Below, one piece after another: positions 37,970-48,286 of a DNA stretch of 64,000 nt (position 1 is the stretch's first letter; every line of letters starts with the position of its first letter). The notes under the pieces were generated by a model. That model did not search any database, was not told where the DNA came from, and saw only the letters and a program-made list of their open reading frames with translations. The DNA comes from Bacteroidia bacterium (GTDB taxonomy: Bacteria; Bacteroidota; Bacteroidia; AKYH767-A; OLB10), in contig JBBQED010000004.1 of assembly GCA_038320345.1 (NCBI GenBank), positions 256,678 to 320,677 of the forward strand, given 5' to 3'. The position numbers and the translations under genes are program-made.

Positions 37970-38831
37970 TTTTGACAGTGAAGGGTTAGAAAACCGGAGT
38001 ACCGGTTCCATATACATTTACAGATTATATCGTTTTGATTTTTAAATCTCAGCAGTGGATAAAAAAGGCTCCCCGCTAAATGATCGGACAGCCAAAGAAC
38101 AAATGTAAGGCAAAAAGAACCTGAACGCAAGTACATTTAAAACAAGGAATCGTTAATTTATTACCGTTCTAAATAAAATTTGTGCCCACCCCTGAACATT
38201 ATTCTTTATGCTTATCAGAAAATCGTAAAAACAAGTGTGCATTTCAATAAAAAATTAAATGCAAATAATGAACAATGACTACGTAAAAGAAAAATTAAAT
38301 TTTCGCTTAGTCCTTCCTTAAAACAGATAATCTATCTAAACTGTATAAAAATAATCATACATAATTGATTCCTAAAATCGGACTTCCTAAAAATAGTAGA
38401 TCCGATAAAACTTCTAATTTTTAATAAATTTCAGTGGTGATTATAGTTGATAAGAATTTTTGTCAAAAAATTTAACAGTTAAAATCCTATTGATTTATCC
38501 CAAATAAAACATTCATCGCTTCAATAAATTCACGGAAAGATTGCTAACACTTCCTTCCATTAAATTTAGCAATCATTACAAATAAGCATTAATAAAATTA
38601 TCGTCAATCCATTCCTTGTGCCCTTTTCAAATTAATTCTTCAAATATTGTAGAGGCAAATTTTTTTGAGGTGCTTAAACAGAATGATTGTAGTAATCGAA
38701 TCGTTGTTGTTCACACCAAAAACACATATTTCCCGTTAAATCCCTGTTAATCCAGCCATACTTCCTTCTTCCTACCTTGTTCTGACCTATTTTCGCTAAT
38801 AAATGATCCAACTCATTTGACTATCCAGTTT

Positions 38832-39578
38832 ATGATTTTCTACAAGAGCTTCCACCATCTAAAATCAGGACTTTTATTAAGTCTTTTGTTGAGTATAGTG
38901 ACTCAAGCGGGAATAGCTCAAGACCATGAAACCTTTATAATCAAAGGCAAAGTGTATGATAGTCAGGATCGATATGCACCGCTACAGAATCTGATGGTAG
39001 TCAATATGAGAACTCAACAAGGTGTTTTTGGTTTCGATGGAACTACTTTCGAAATTAATGCCCTACATACCGACAGCATTGTGATCATAGCAACCGGCTA
39101 TTCGATTACTAAAATTTGTTTTCGTGATTCGTTACCCAAAAATATTTACAACATAGAAATCCCTCTTCGTAAAATTTCTATTGCATTGAAAGGTACTACC
39201 ATCATGCAAAAACGTAGTCCTCAAACTATCGAAAACGAAATTAAAAAACTAGGCTATAATCCCGATGATTATAAATTACATGGAGTAGATGCGTGGCAAA
39301 GTCCAATCACTGCAATTTATCAAGAATTTAGTCGTCGGGAGAGGAGTAAACGCAAAGTTGCAGAGCTGGAAAATAATGATCGACGAAAAGCATTACTCCG
39401 TGAAATGCTTTATCAATATTCCCTCAGTAAACTTATAGAGATGGAGCCGGATGAGTATGATAATTTTATACAGTACATGAACCTAAATGATGTAATGCTT
39501 CAGTCGTTTTCTCAGTATGACCTAGCATTATATATCCGTGAACGATACTACAATTACAATGATCTAAGAAGAAGATAA
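38832..39578 (+). CDS. Exported hypothetical protein with a carboxypeptidase-regulatory-like N-terminal domain
   Basis: Signal peptide; 'IKGKVYD...PL.N..V.N...G...DG.F.I....DSI...GY'; 'SPITAIY..FSR'. Confidence 0.6.
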   Translation: MIFYKSFHHLKSGLLLSLLLSIVTQAGIAQDHETFIIKGKVYDSQDRYAPLQNLMVVNMRTQQGVFGFDGTTFEINALHTDSIVIIATGYSITKICFRDSLPKNIYNIEIPLRKISIALKGTTIMQKRSPQTIENEIKKLGYNPDDYKLHGVDAWQSPITAIYQEFSRRERSKRKVAELENNDRRKALLREMLYQYSLSKLIEMEPDEYDNFIQYMNLNDVMLQSFSQYDLALYIRERYYNYNDLRRR

Positions 39579-39920
39579 ATCTTACTCGGAGCTATTTTAG
39601 AGGCTTTCAATAGCTACAGAAATCTGGAATAGATTTACTCAGCATTTAGCAAACTTTTCGATAAATTTTTCTGTTTCGGTATTCTCAACTATCAAGGTGC
39701 TTTAGCTCTTCGTCACTTGCTTTTTTAATTGATCATCAGTTTCCATTTCAACAGCTCTGACCTGTCTACATTCTCTATTTTTTGATTTCTTGAGCACTTC
39801 TCCTTGAAGTATTTTTACATGGCAAACAAAAATCAGCTTGTAGTGCTTTAGACAACTAATTCACGTTACTCACCTTCCTACTTTTAACTTGAACACAAAA
39901 GGTCTGGTTTTTCCGGAATT

Positions 39921-39953
39921 CCCCACTACCACCCAGTAGTGGGGCTTTATTTT
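39921..39953 (+). terminator. GC-rich hairpin with a plus-strand U-rich tail
   Basis: CCCCACTAC-CACCCA-GTAGTGGGG followed by CTTTATTTT. Confidence 0.55.
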
Positions 39954-40046
39954 ATCCGAGAATCAATAAGCTAATAGTAATTGTGAAATTCCAAATTCAG
40001 CTCAGTAGGAAAATAATTTTTAAAGGGATTCCAGGAAGTTGCTGTT

Positions 40047-40916
40047 TTACACATTCTGATAAGTAACGAAAAACAACAAACCTCGGTACAACCATATTAA
40101 TCCATAAAAATTTAGTGAAATTAAAACTGCCAGTGCCAAACCATACCAATTAGCGGTTACATACACTCTCCGGAACATTCTGAATAAATACATTCCAACA
40201 ATGATTGTAATAATTATAGAAATAAAATTATCACTCATGATATATGCTCCTAGTTCTGGGAAAACTCTTTTTATGAGTGAAAATATAAGCACAAACAATG
40301 GAACTATCAACATCAATAGCAACATAAAAAAAGTCATAAAGTGAGTTGCGGTAATGATATGTTCAGTGAAATATCGTTTCTTATGAATAAAAAAAAACTG
40401 AAACAATAACGCATAAACAGGAATAAAAACAATAATCAACGACTTGGAAAGTAGATTTGTTTTATGATCAAATGCTTCTTCATACGCTTCATAGGTAATT
40501 TTTTTCACTGCTAGCTGATGATCCACTTTAGCCTTGGCCCAATCCCTATAAAAATGATGCTGGCCGAGATGAATCTTTAACGGCGTGGTGAAAGTATTGA
40601 ATCCAAACCCCGATGCAATCACCAGAAAATAAATTACGTTTACGATCAGGAAAAACTGTAGCGGCTTCATGTACGGCTGTCGTTTCCCGTGCAAAAAATC
40701 GACCGTCATTTCACCGGGCTTAACTAAAACTGTCTTGAAGCTTCTAAAAAAACGAGTATCGAAATGCGTAAAGAGATCTAAGGCCTCTTCCAGAAAATGT
40801 GCTAATGATAAATCATGATGGCTGAATTTTTTTTCTCCGCATACACTGCAGTATTTCCCGCTTAATACCGCGGAACAATTCGGACAACGATCTATATCGC
40901 CATTAACTTCACTCAT
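40047..40916 (-). CDS. DUF3667 domain membrane protein
   Basis: 'CPNC....GKYCSVCGEK', 'KPGEMT.DF..GKR.PYMKP', several TM helices, 'EH'. Confidence 0.85.
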   Translation of the reverse strand: MSEVNGDIDRCPNCSAVLSGKYCSVCGEKKFSHHDLSLAHFLEEALDLFTHFDTRFFRSFKTVLVKPGEMTVDFLHGKRQPYMKPLQFFLIVNVIYFLVIASGFGFNTFTTPLKIHLGQHHFYRDWAKAKVDHQLAVKKITYEAYEEAFDHKTNLLSKSLIIVFIPVYALLFQFFFIHKKRYFTEHIITATHFMTFFMLLLMLIVPLFVLIFSLIKRVFPELGAYIMSDNFISIIITIIVGMYLFRMFRRVYVTANWYGLALAVLISLNFYGLIWLYRGLLFFVTYQNV

Positions 40917-40917
40917 A

Positions 40918-42483
40918 CTACATAAGCTTAGCTAACTGTTTACTGATGCTTACTTTTTTATCCACCATATCCGTGAGTTGATCAATACCAATCCTTTCTT
41001 GCTGCATAGTATCTCTATCGCGAAGAGTTACAGTTTGATCTTCGAGTGTTTGATGATCAATAGTAATACACAATGGAGTTCCAATGGCATCCATCCTCCG
41101 GTAACGCTTTCCTATTGAATCTTTCTCTTCATAGATACATTGATGATCGGTGCGTAGGAGATTCATAATATCTCTAGCTTTCTCAGGTAAACCATCCTTC
41201 TTAGTAAGTGGAAGAATTGCAACCTTTGATGGTGCTAAAAATGGAGGAATCTGTAATACGACTCTGGAACTACCGTCTTCAAGTTGCTCTTCTTTATAGG
41301 ACTCAGATAAAATCGCCAAAAACAAACGATCTAATCCAATAGACGTTTCAACTACGTAAGGAATATAATTTTCATTATCCTCCGGATCAAAATACTGTAA
41401 TTTCTTTCCTGAAAATTTCTCATGACTAGATAAATCGAAATCAGTGCGCGAGTGAATTCCTTCTAGTTCTTTAAATCCAAATGGGAATTCAAATTCAATA
41501 TCACAAGCTGCATTCGCATAATGTGCCAGCTTAAGATGATCATGGAAACGATAATGGCTAGCCGAAAACCCAAGACTATTATGCCAAGCCATGCGTTTGT
41601 TTTTCCACTTAGTATACCATTCCATTTCTGTTCCCGGCTTCACAAAAAACTGCATCTCCATCTGTTCAAATTCACGCATACGAAAAATAAATTGTCGTGC
41701 AACGATTTCATTCCGAAATGCTTTTCCTGTTTGTGCAATCCCAAATGGGATTTTCATCCTTCCCGTCTTCTGAACATTCAGAAAATTTACAAAAATCCCC
41801 TGCGCAGTCTCCGGACGAAGATAAATTGTACTTGCTTCTTCACTCACCGATCCCAGCTGTGTACTAAACATCAAATTAAATTGCCGAACATCGGTCCAGT
41901 TGCGAGAACCACTCACTGGACAAACTATTTCAAGATCCAGAATAATCTGTTTCACATCAGCAAGGTCATTTTCTTCCAACGCAGTTTTAAAACGAGAATT
42001 TATCTCCTCTACTTTCTTCAAATTTTCAACTACACGTGGATTAGTTTGACGGAACATCGTTTCATCAAACGTCTCCCCAAAACGTTCACGCGCCTTAGCA
42101 ACTTCCTTATCTACTTTTGCTTCGATCTTCGACACAAACTCTTCAATCAAAACATCAGCACGATATCGTTTCTTAGAATCTTTATTATCAATAAGTGGAT
42201 CACTGAATGCATCTACGTGACCCGATGCTTTCCATGTTGTTGGATGCATAAAAATTGCTGAATCGATTCCTACAATATTTTCATTCAACTGCACCATCGA
42301 TTTCCACCAGTAATCGCGTAGATTCTTTTTTAACTCGGCACCCTGTTGACCGTAATCATAAACAGCGCTTAATCCATCATAGATTTCACTTGATTGAAAT
42401 ATAAATCCATATTCTTTTGAATGGGAGATGATTGCCTTAAACAGCTCTTCGCCGCTCAGCTTTTTTACTGTGGTTGTACTCAT
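40918..42483 (-). CDS. glyS: Glycine--tRNA ligase (homodimeric, eukaryote/archaea-like type)
   Basis: 'YLRPETAQG', 'GKAFRNE', 'FRMREFEQME', 'ELEGIHSRTDFDL', anticodon-binding 'IGKRYRR.D.IGTP'. Confidence 0.95.
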   Translation of the reverse strand: MSTTTVKKLSGEELFKAIISHSKEYGFIFQSSEIYDGLSAVYDYGQQGAELKKNLRDYWWKSMVQLNENIVGIDSAIFMHPTTWKASGHVDAFSDPLIDNKDSKKRYRADVLIEEFVSKIEAKVDKEVAKARERFGETFDETMFRQTNPRVVENLKKVEEINSRFKTALEENDLADVKQIILDLEIVCPVSGSRNWTDVRQFNLMFSTQLGSVSEEASTIYLRPETAQGIFVNFLNVQKTGRMKIPFGIAQTGKAFRNEIVARQFIFRMREFEQMEMQFFVKPGTEMEWYTKWKNKRMAWHNSLGFSASHYRFHDHLKLAHYANAACDIEFEFPFGFKELEGIHSRTDFDLSSHEKFSGKKLQYFDPEDNENYIPYVVETSIGLDRLFLAILSESYKEEQLEDGSSRVVLQIPPFLAPSKVAILPLTKKDGLPEKARDIMNLLRTDHQCIYEEKDSIGKRYRRMDAIGTPLCITIDHQTLEDQTVTLRDRDTMQQERIGIDQLTDMVDKKVSISKQLAKLM

Positions 42484-42487
42484 ATCG

Positions 42488-42613
42488 CAAAAATAACAAT
42501 TCAATTGGGGAATCTGTTCCCTATTTCTATCTGGATGAAGTAAATTCTGCCTCAATGATTAGAACGATCCTTCCCAGCACGGAATCGCTTAGCACTTAAA
42601 CATATTAACTTTG
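42488..42613. promoter_or_regulatory. Divergent -7 promoter elements for glyS (minus, TATTTTTG at 42488-42495) and iscS-like (plus, TAACTTTG at 42606-42613)
   Basis: Both match TAnnTTTG and lie 4 nt from their ATG. Confidence 0.65.
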
Positions 42614-42617
42614 TAAA

Positions 42618-43763
42618 ATGGAGCTTATTTACCTTGATTATAACAGTACTACTCCCGTCGATCCGGATGTTTTAGCGAAGATGTTACCATGGTTTTCACA
42701 GAAATTCGGGAATGCTTCTAGTAAAACTCATGTTTTTGGCTGGGAGGCAGAATCGGCGGTTGAACTAGCCCGAGAACAGATCGCTAACCTTATCGCTTGT
42801 GAACCAGCGGAATTAATCTTCTGTTCTGGCGCTACCGAAGGCATCAACCTCGGAATACGTGGAACTATGCAAGCCTATCAGCAAAAAGGTCGACACCTCA
42901 TCACTTGTGCTACTGAGCATAAAGCTGTACTCGACACCTGCGCTGATCTTGAAAAAAAAGGTGCTGAAATAACTATACTGGATGTTGATCGTGAAGGCAG
43001 GATTGATCACGAAGATTTAATAAAGCAAATTCGTCCCGATACGATCATGGTCTGTATCATGATGGCCAATAATGAAACGGGAACTTTACAAGATATCGCT
43101 GCTATATCTCAAATCTGTCGATCAAAGGGTGTTTTACTATTTTGTGATCTTTCTCAAGCAGTGGGAAAAATCAGAGTGGATGTCAATGAAATTGGGATAG
43201 ATCTAGCTTGTTTATCGGCACATAAATTTTACGGACCAAAAGGTACAGGTGCGCTTTTTATCAGAAGAAAAAATCCTCGCGTAAGTATGCTTCCGCAAAT
43301 TACAGGTGGTGGACATGAACGAGGTTTACGCAGTGGAACACTCAATGTACCGGGCATTGTGGGCATGGGTTGGGCAGCACAAAAAGCAGGAGAAAATTTA
43401 TGGGATTACGGAATTCAGACTTCTCGCCATCGAACATGGTTAGAACAAGTGCTAGAAATAAATCATCAAGCTACGATCAATGGATGCATCAAAAACCGTT
43501 TGCCCAATACAACTAACCTCTATTTCGAAGGAATAAAGAGTGAAGATCTAATCAAAGAATTAAGTCAGCTTGCTTTCAGCACTGGCTCTGCATGTACTTC
43601 AGCAATTCCGGAACCTTCTCATGTTTTGAAAGCTATGAGGATCAGCGATACGGATGCAAATAGTAGTATCCGGTTAAGTGTTGGTAGATTTACAACTGAT
43701 GAAGAAATCAGCATCGCTCTGCAAATGTTTGAAGCGGCTATTCAAAAAATTCGAAAGCAATAA
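42618..43763 (+). CDS. iscS: Cysteine desulfurase (IscS/NifS group I)
   Basis: 'YLDYNSTTP', 'SGATE', PLP lysine 'SAHKFYGPKG', catalytic 'STGSAC'. Confidence 0.85.
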   Translation: MELIYLDYNSTTPVDPDVLAKMLPWFSQKFGNASSKTHVFGWEAESAVELAREQIANLIACEPAELIFCSGATEGINLGIRGTMQAYQQKGRHLITCATEHKAVLDTCADLEKKGAEITILDVDREGRIDHEDLIKQIRPDTIMVCIMMANNETGTLQDIAAISQICRSKGVLLFCDLSQAVGKIRVDVNEIGIDLACLSAHKFYGPKGTGALFIRRKNPRVSMLPQITGGGHERGLRSGTLNVPGIVGMGWAAQKAGENLWDYGIQTSRHRTWLEQVLEINHQATINGCIKNRLPNTTNLYFEGIKSEDLIKELSQLAFSTGSACTSAIPEPSHVLKAMRISDTDANSSIRLSVGRFTTDEEISIALQMFEAAIQKIRKQ

Positions 43764-43831
43764 TTTCTATCGAATGCTAATGATTTAAATCAGGAACTGA
43801 TTACGATTTTTTATGTTGAAATTCGCCTTTC

Positions 43832-45391
43832 ATGGCATTAAAACGTAAGGCTCGATATTACCGACTTTTATGGTTAAAGCATGATCTCCCTGCAGGGCTT
43901 TCTGTTTTTCTAGTTGCACTTCCACTTTGTCTTGGGATCGCTTTGGCATCAGGCGCACCCCTTTATGCGGGAATCATATCTGGAGTGATTGGTGGTATGG
44001 TTGTTTCCTTCATCAGTGGTTCTGCGTTAGGTGTATCTGGTCCTGCTGCAGGACTTACAACAATTGTTGCTGCATCCATTATTGCGTTTGGTGATTATCA
44101 TTTATTCCTACTGACAGTAATTCTGGCTGGCATATTTCAGATCTTGTTAGGTATTTTAAAGATGGGAAGTATTGCAAATTATTTTCCTGCCGCAGTAATT
44201 CGAGGTATGCTTGCGGCGATAGGAATTATGCTTATCTCCAAACAGATTCCATTGGCGCTTGGATACAATCTTCCGAATTTTTGGAGTAGTGGATTTTTAC
44301 AACTCTTCACTATTCAAGATCTGAATGGTCATTTTGAGGATTTCAATCATAATACAACGAGAGTTTCAATATTAATCACTCTTGTTTCAATTACCATCCT
44401 AATTCTTTTCAAACAATCCTTTGCCAAAAAAGTGAAACTAATTCCGCCACAATTATGGGTCGTATTAGCAGGTGTCCTCCTCAATGAAATTTTCGGTAAA
44501 CTTGATGTAAGTGGAAAGTTGCGCGCAGCACCACTTGTAAATATTCCACAAAATATTTTTGCTGAAATACAGTTCCCAGATCTAACACAACTATTTACCC
44601 GAATGGATATTATACTTCCTGCGCTCACCATTTCATTATTGGCTAGTTTGGAAACATTACTCTGTGCGGAAGCTATTGACAAGCTCGACAAACAAAATCG
44701 TATTACTCCGGTAAATCGTGAACTTATTGCTCAAGGAGTTGGGAATATGTTATGCGGAATGTTAGGTGCAATTCCGATGACGGCTGTGATTGTTCGTGGA
44801 GCTGCAAATGTAGATGCAGGCGGAAGAACACGATTAGCTTCTTTCACGCATGGTATTTTACTGTTACTCACGGTGATTGCGCTTCCATTTTTGTTGAACA
44901 AAATTCCGTTTGCTGCACTTGCTGCTATTTTATTGATGACCGGATATAATCTTGCCAAACCAAAATTATTTAAGATGATGTGGAAGCAAGGCTGGACTCA
45001 GTTTCTTCCTTTCATTATTACAATCGTAAGTATTTTATTGTCTGATTTATTAATCGGAGTATGCATTGGTTTAACACTCAGTATCTATTTTATCATCCGT
45101 AATAATTTCCGCTCTGAATTTCAGGTGGAACATACTACACAGCATATCACGGAATACTATAATATCCGTTTAAGTACGCATGTAAATTTTCTGAATAAGG
45201 TAAAGCTACGGGAAGCCTTGGAAAAAGTTCCGGCTTATTCTGTTTTAACAATTGATGGTACCCGATGTAATTTTATTGATCAAGATGTAAGAGAGATGTT
45301 ACATGAATATTCAACACGTGCAAAATCACGTCATATGGAAGTACATCTGCAGGGAATCAACCTCGGTGAAATAACAAAGGCGGATCATTGA
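43832..45391 (+). CDS. SulP family inorganic anion (bicarbonate/sulfate) transporter
   Basis: 'DLPAGLSVFLVALPLCLGIALASG', 'VSGPAAGL', 'NRELIAQG.GN', STAS-like C-terminus. Confidence 0.9.
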   Translation: MALKRKARYYRLLWLKHDLPAGLSVFLVALPLCLGIALASGAPLYAGIISGVIGGMVVSFISGSALGVSGPAAGLTTIVAASIIAFGDYHLFLLTVILAGIFQILLGILKMGSIANYFPAAVIRGMLAAIGIMLISKQIPLALGYNLPNFWSSGFLQLFTIQDLNGHFEDFNHNTTRVSILITLVSITILILFKQSFAKKVKLIPPQLWVVLAGVLLNEIFGKLDVSGKLRAAPLVNIPQNIFAEIQFPDLTQLFTRMDIILPALTISLLASLETLLCAEAIDKLDKQNRITPVNRELIAQGVGNMLCGMLGAIPMTAVIVRGAANVDAGGRTRLASFTHGILLLLTVIALPFLLNKIPFAALAAILLMTGYNLAKPKLFKMMWKQGWTQFLPFIITIVSILLSDLLIGVCIGLTLSIYFIIRNNFRSEFQVEHTTQHITEYYNIRLSTHVNFLNKVKLREALEKVPAYSVLTIDGTRCNFIDQDVREMLHEYSTRAKSRHMEVHLQGINLGEITKADH

Positions 45392-45402
45392 CGATCCGCC
45401 TT
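45377..45402. terminator. Hairpin overlapping the sulP stop codon, between convergent sulP and nrdB
   Basis: AAGGCGGATC-ATTGAC-GATCCGCCTT with TGA in the loop. Confidence 0.6.
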
Positions 45403-45421
45403 GCACTCTTGGCTTTCTGTT

Positions 45422-46402
45422 TTAAAACTCTTCGTCGAACTTTAACTCTTGCTCTTCGCGCGTTCTTCCAACACCAGCTTTGGTGTATTCAGAAACACGT
45501 TTCTCGAAGAAATTTGTTTTGCCTTCAAGAGAGATGGTCTCCATGAAGTCGAAAGGATTGGAACTATTGTAAATTTTTGAATATCCTAGTGAGTTCATCA
45601 AACGGTCAGCAACAAACTCAATATACTGAGCCATCAATTTTGAATTCATGCCAATCAGATCCACCGGTAATGCATCAGTAACGAATTCTTGTTCGATCAC
45701 TACTGCACTTTTCATGAGATCACGAACAGCTTCTTCGCTTAATTTATTTTTCAGCATGCCATAAAGTAAACAAGCGAAATCGCAATGCATTCCTTCATCA
45801 CGACTGATGAATTCATTGGAAGTTGCAAGACCAGGCATCAGCCCGCGTTTCTTCAACCAGAAAATAGAACAAAACGATCCACTGAAGAAAATTCCTTCTA
45901 CTGCTGCAAACGCTACTAGACGTTCCGCAAATGAACCATTTTCAATCCAACGCAATGCCCAATCTGCTTTTCTTTTCACACAGGGCACAGTGTCGATAGC
46001 ATTCAGCAAACGGTGTTTCTCATTTGGATCTTTAACATAAGTATCAATCAGCAGAGAATACATTTCAGAATGGATATTTTCCATCATGATCTGGAACCCA
46101 TAAAAACAACGTGCTTCAGGTAACTGCACGGCATTCATCATGTTCACAGCAAGATTTTCATTTACGATTCCGTCACTGGCAGCAAAAAATGCCAATACGT
46201 TCGTGATGAAATGTTTTTCACCAGGATTTAAACGTTCCCAGTCTTTTTGATCCGCAGATAAATCTACTTCTTCAGCAGTCCAGAAACTGTTTTCCGACTT
46301 TTTATACATTTCCCAGATCTTATCATATTTAATCGGGAAGAGTACGAAACGGTCTTTATTCTCCTTCAGGAGTATTTCGTCATTGGTAAAATCTTCTGCC
46401 AT
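45422..46402 (-). CDS. nrdB: Class I ribonucleotide reductase beta (R2) subunit, eukaryote-like subclass
   Basis: 'FWTAEEVD', '[12 protein letters not shown]', 'ENIHSEMY' (radical Tyr), '[10 protein letters not shown]', 'SRDEGMH', '[12 protein letters not shown]'. Confidence 0.95.
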   Translation of the reverse strand: MAEDFTNDEILLKENKDRFVLFPIKYDKIWEMYKKSENSFWTAEEVDLSADQKDWERLNPGEKHFITNVLAFFAASDGIVNENLAVNMMNAVQLPEARCFYGFQIMMENIHSEMYSLLIDTYVKDPNEKHRLLNAIDTVPCVKRKADWALRWIENGSFAERLVAFAAVEGIFFSGSFCSIFWLKKRGLMPGLATSNEFISRDEGMHCDFACLLYGMLKNKLSEEAVRDLMKSAVVIEQEFVTDALPVDLIGMNSKLMAQYIEFVADRLMNSLGYSKIYNSSNPFDFMETISLEGKTNFFEKRVSEYTKAGVGRTREEQELKFDEEF

Positions 46403-46691
46403 GAGCAATTATTATTATATTTTGAAACTGAATCGAACAACTATAGTTAACCCGCTGATAAACAAAACTATTTCACTGCACACACTCAGTAGAAAGGCGG
46501 ATTACAAATCAAACACAAGCAAGCCCTTTTTGCAAACTCCAGAGCTTCTTCTTTTGAACAACAATGAAAGTGTTATGAACATTTAAGACGTTTTGTCACC
46601 TTCGTAAATTCTGTCACTACTAATTTCGAGTATTCTCAAAAGAAAAACAGAATGCATTCATCTTCAAGAAATCCTACTGGGGTGAGTCCAG

Positions 46692-46726
46692 AAAAAAAGT
46701 CCTGACAATGCTGTCAGGACTTTTTT
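46692..46726 (-). terminator. Rho-independent terminator of the rpoD-like gene
   Basis: AAAAAAA-GTCCTGACA-ATGC-TGTCAGGAC-TTTTTT. Confidence 0.85.
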
Positions 46727-46749
46727 GGCTAATTCTGTAAAAGGGGTTA

Positions 46750-47613
46750 TTATCCTAAATACGCTTTTAACAGTTTATTACGTGAATTCTGACGTAACGT
46801 CTTAATTGCTTTTTCTTTAATCTGACGAACACGTTCGCTAGTGAGGTCAAATTTTTCTCCAATCTCTTCTAATGAAAGACCGTGCTGAATTCCGATTCCG
46901 TAGAACATTTTGATAACATCCTGTTCACGTTCAGAAAGAGTAGCTAAGGAACGATTGATTTCCTTCTGCAATGATTCGTTGATCAATGCAAAATCAGCAC
47001 CTGGACTATCTCCGTTTTCTAATACATCTAACAGCGTACTGTCTTCACCTTGAACCAATGGCGCATCCATAGATACGTGCTTCCCTGGCATTTTCATGGT
47101 GTTAGCAACCTTATCCATTGGAAGATCAAGCACTTCGCTCAACTCTTCAGGACTTGGTTCGCGTTCGTATTTCTGCTCCAATTCGGAGAATGCCTTTTTT
47201 ACTTTGTTTGCCGCACCTAATTGATTGAGGGGCAAACGAACAATACGAGCTTGCTCGGCTAATGCCTGCATGATCGATTGACGAATCCACCATACTGCAT
47301 AAGAGATGAATTTGAATCCACGTGTTTCATCAAATTTCTTTGCAGCTTTGATGAGCCCAAGATTTCCTTCATTGATCAAATCGGGAAGACTAAGTCCTTG
47401 AGTCTGATATTGTTTAGCTACTGAAACAACGAACCTTAGGTTTGCACGAACAAGTTTTTCTAGGGCTTTTTGGTCTCCGGTACGGATCCTTCTCGCCAGT
47501 TCTACTTCTTCCTGTGCGGTGATCAGCTCTTCTTTACCTATTTCCTGGAGATACTTTTCAAACGAGGCGCTTTCGCGGTTGGTAATCGATTTGGTGATCT
47601 TTAGTTGACGCAT
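46750..47613 (-). CDS. rpoD: RpoD/SigA family sigma factor (short Bacteroidota type lacking region 1.1)
   Basis: 'MRQLKIT', '[13 protein letters not shown]', '[10 protein letters not shown]', '[16 protein letters not shown]', region 4 '[18 protein letters not shown]'. May be a paralog rather than the primary sigma. Confidence 0.85.
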   Translation of the reverse strand: MRQLKITKSITNRESASFEKYLQEIGKEELITAQEEVELARRIRTGDQKALEKLVRANLRFVVSVAKQYQTQGLSLPDLINEGNLGLIKAAKKFDETRGFKFISYAVWWIRQSIMQALAEQARIVRLPLNQLGAANKVKKAFSELEQKYEREPSPEELSEVLDLPMDKVANTMKMPGKHVSMDAPLVQGEDSTLLDVLENGDSPGADFALINESLQKEINRSLATLSEREQDVIKMFYGIGIQHGLSLEEIGEKFDLTSERVRQIKEKAIKTLRQNSRNKLLKAYLG

Positions 47614-47976
47614 ATCTTATTGATTATTAATACTCTACACCAGAAAAGAGCCTGGCATTTACCAGTGCTTTATATGGGTGCAAGTTACACATAAAAACGG
47701 CCTTGTCAACACTTTTCTTTTGTAGAGTGAATCATTAACGAACCGATGATTGTTAAATTGTGCTGAATAGCAGCGGGTTTAAGCCCTCTTCATGATATCA
47801 TTCCAAATTAGTAAAGTACTAGTTAATATATATTTAGTACAAGCGTAAAGTGCACTTTTAAGCATTTGTTCAATTAGACCTGTTGAAAACCTTCTTACCG
47901 CTTCATAAAGTAATGGGGTGAGGTACATTATTTTTATCCTTTGTTATGAACTGATTTTTCTAAACACCTGAATACT

Positions 47977-48225
47977 ATGAAACTTACACAAGAACAATTA
48001 AATGATCTGAAAAAAATTGATTATTCCTTTAAGGAGATTCAATTCTATGCTGAACGTAACGGCATTCAGATCGAGGATTTATATACCCTCTTTAGTTTCC
48101 CGATTTTCGATTACGCTCAGGCAAAAAAAATGGAACTACTAAATCATACTACCAACCGGCAACGGGTTTTTGAACAAAGTCAGGCGGCTCGCGCATCACG
48201 AAGTTCTGATAATATTTCTTTGTGA
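47977..48225 (+). CDS. Small hypothetical protein (82 aa)
   Basis: ATG after an A-rich leader; plausible composition; no family recognised. Confidence 0.5.
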   Translation: MKLTQEQLNDLKKIDYSFKEIQFYAERNGIQIEDLYTLFSFPIFDYAQAKKMELLNHTTNRQRVFEQSQAARASRSSDNISL

Positions 48226-48286
48226 TAGACAAGGGACTTGTTCTGATAATTTTGAATAGTGCCCTCGGTTGATGTACTTTTAACCA

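Noticed and set aside
38018-38816. Possible replication origin in the AT-rich gap
   Set aside because: No cluster of good DnaA boxes seen and no origin-associated genes nearby.
41521-42261. 246-aa plus-strand ORF
   Set aside because: Lies entirely antisense to glyS and has no recognisable motifs; shadow ORF.
46409-46600. NrdR box upstream of nrdB
   Set aside because: Only a partial resemblance (ACAACTATAGTT); no convincing tandem palindromes.
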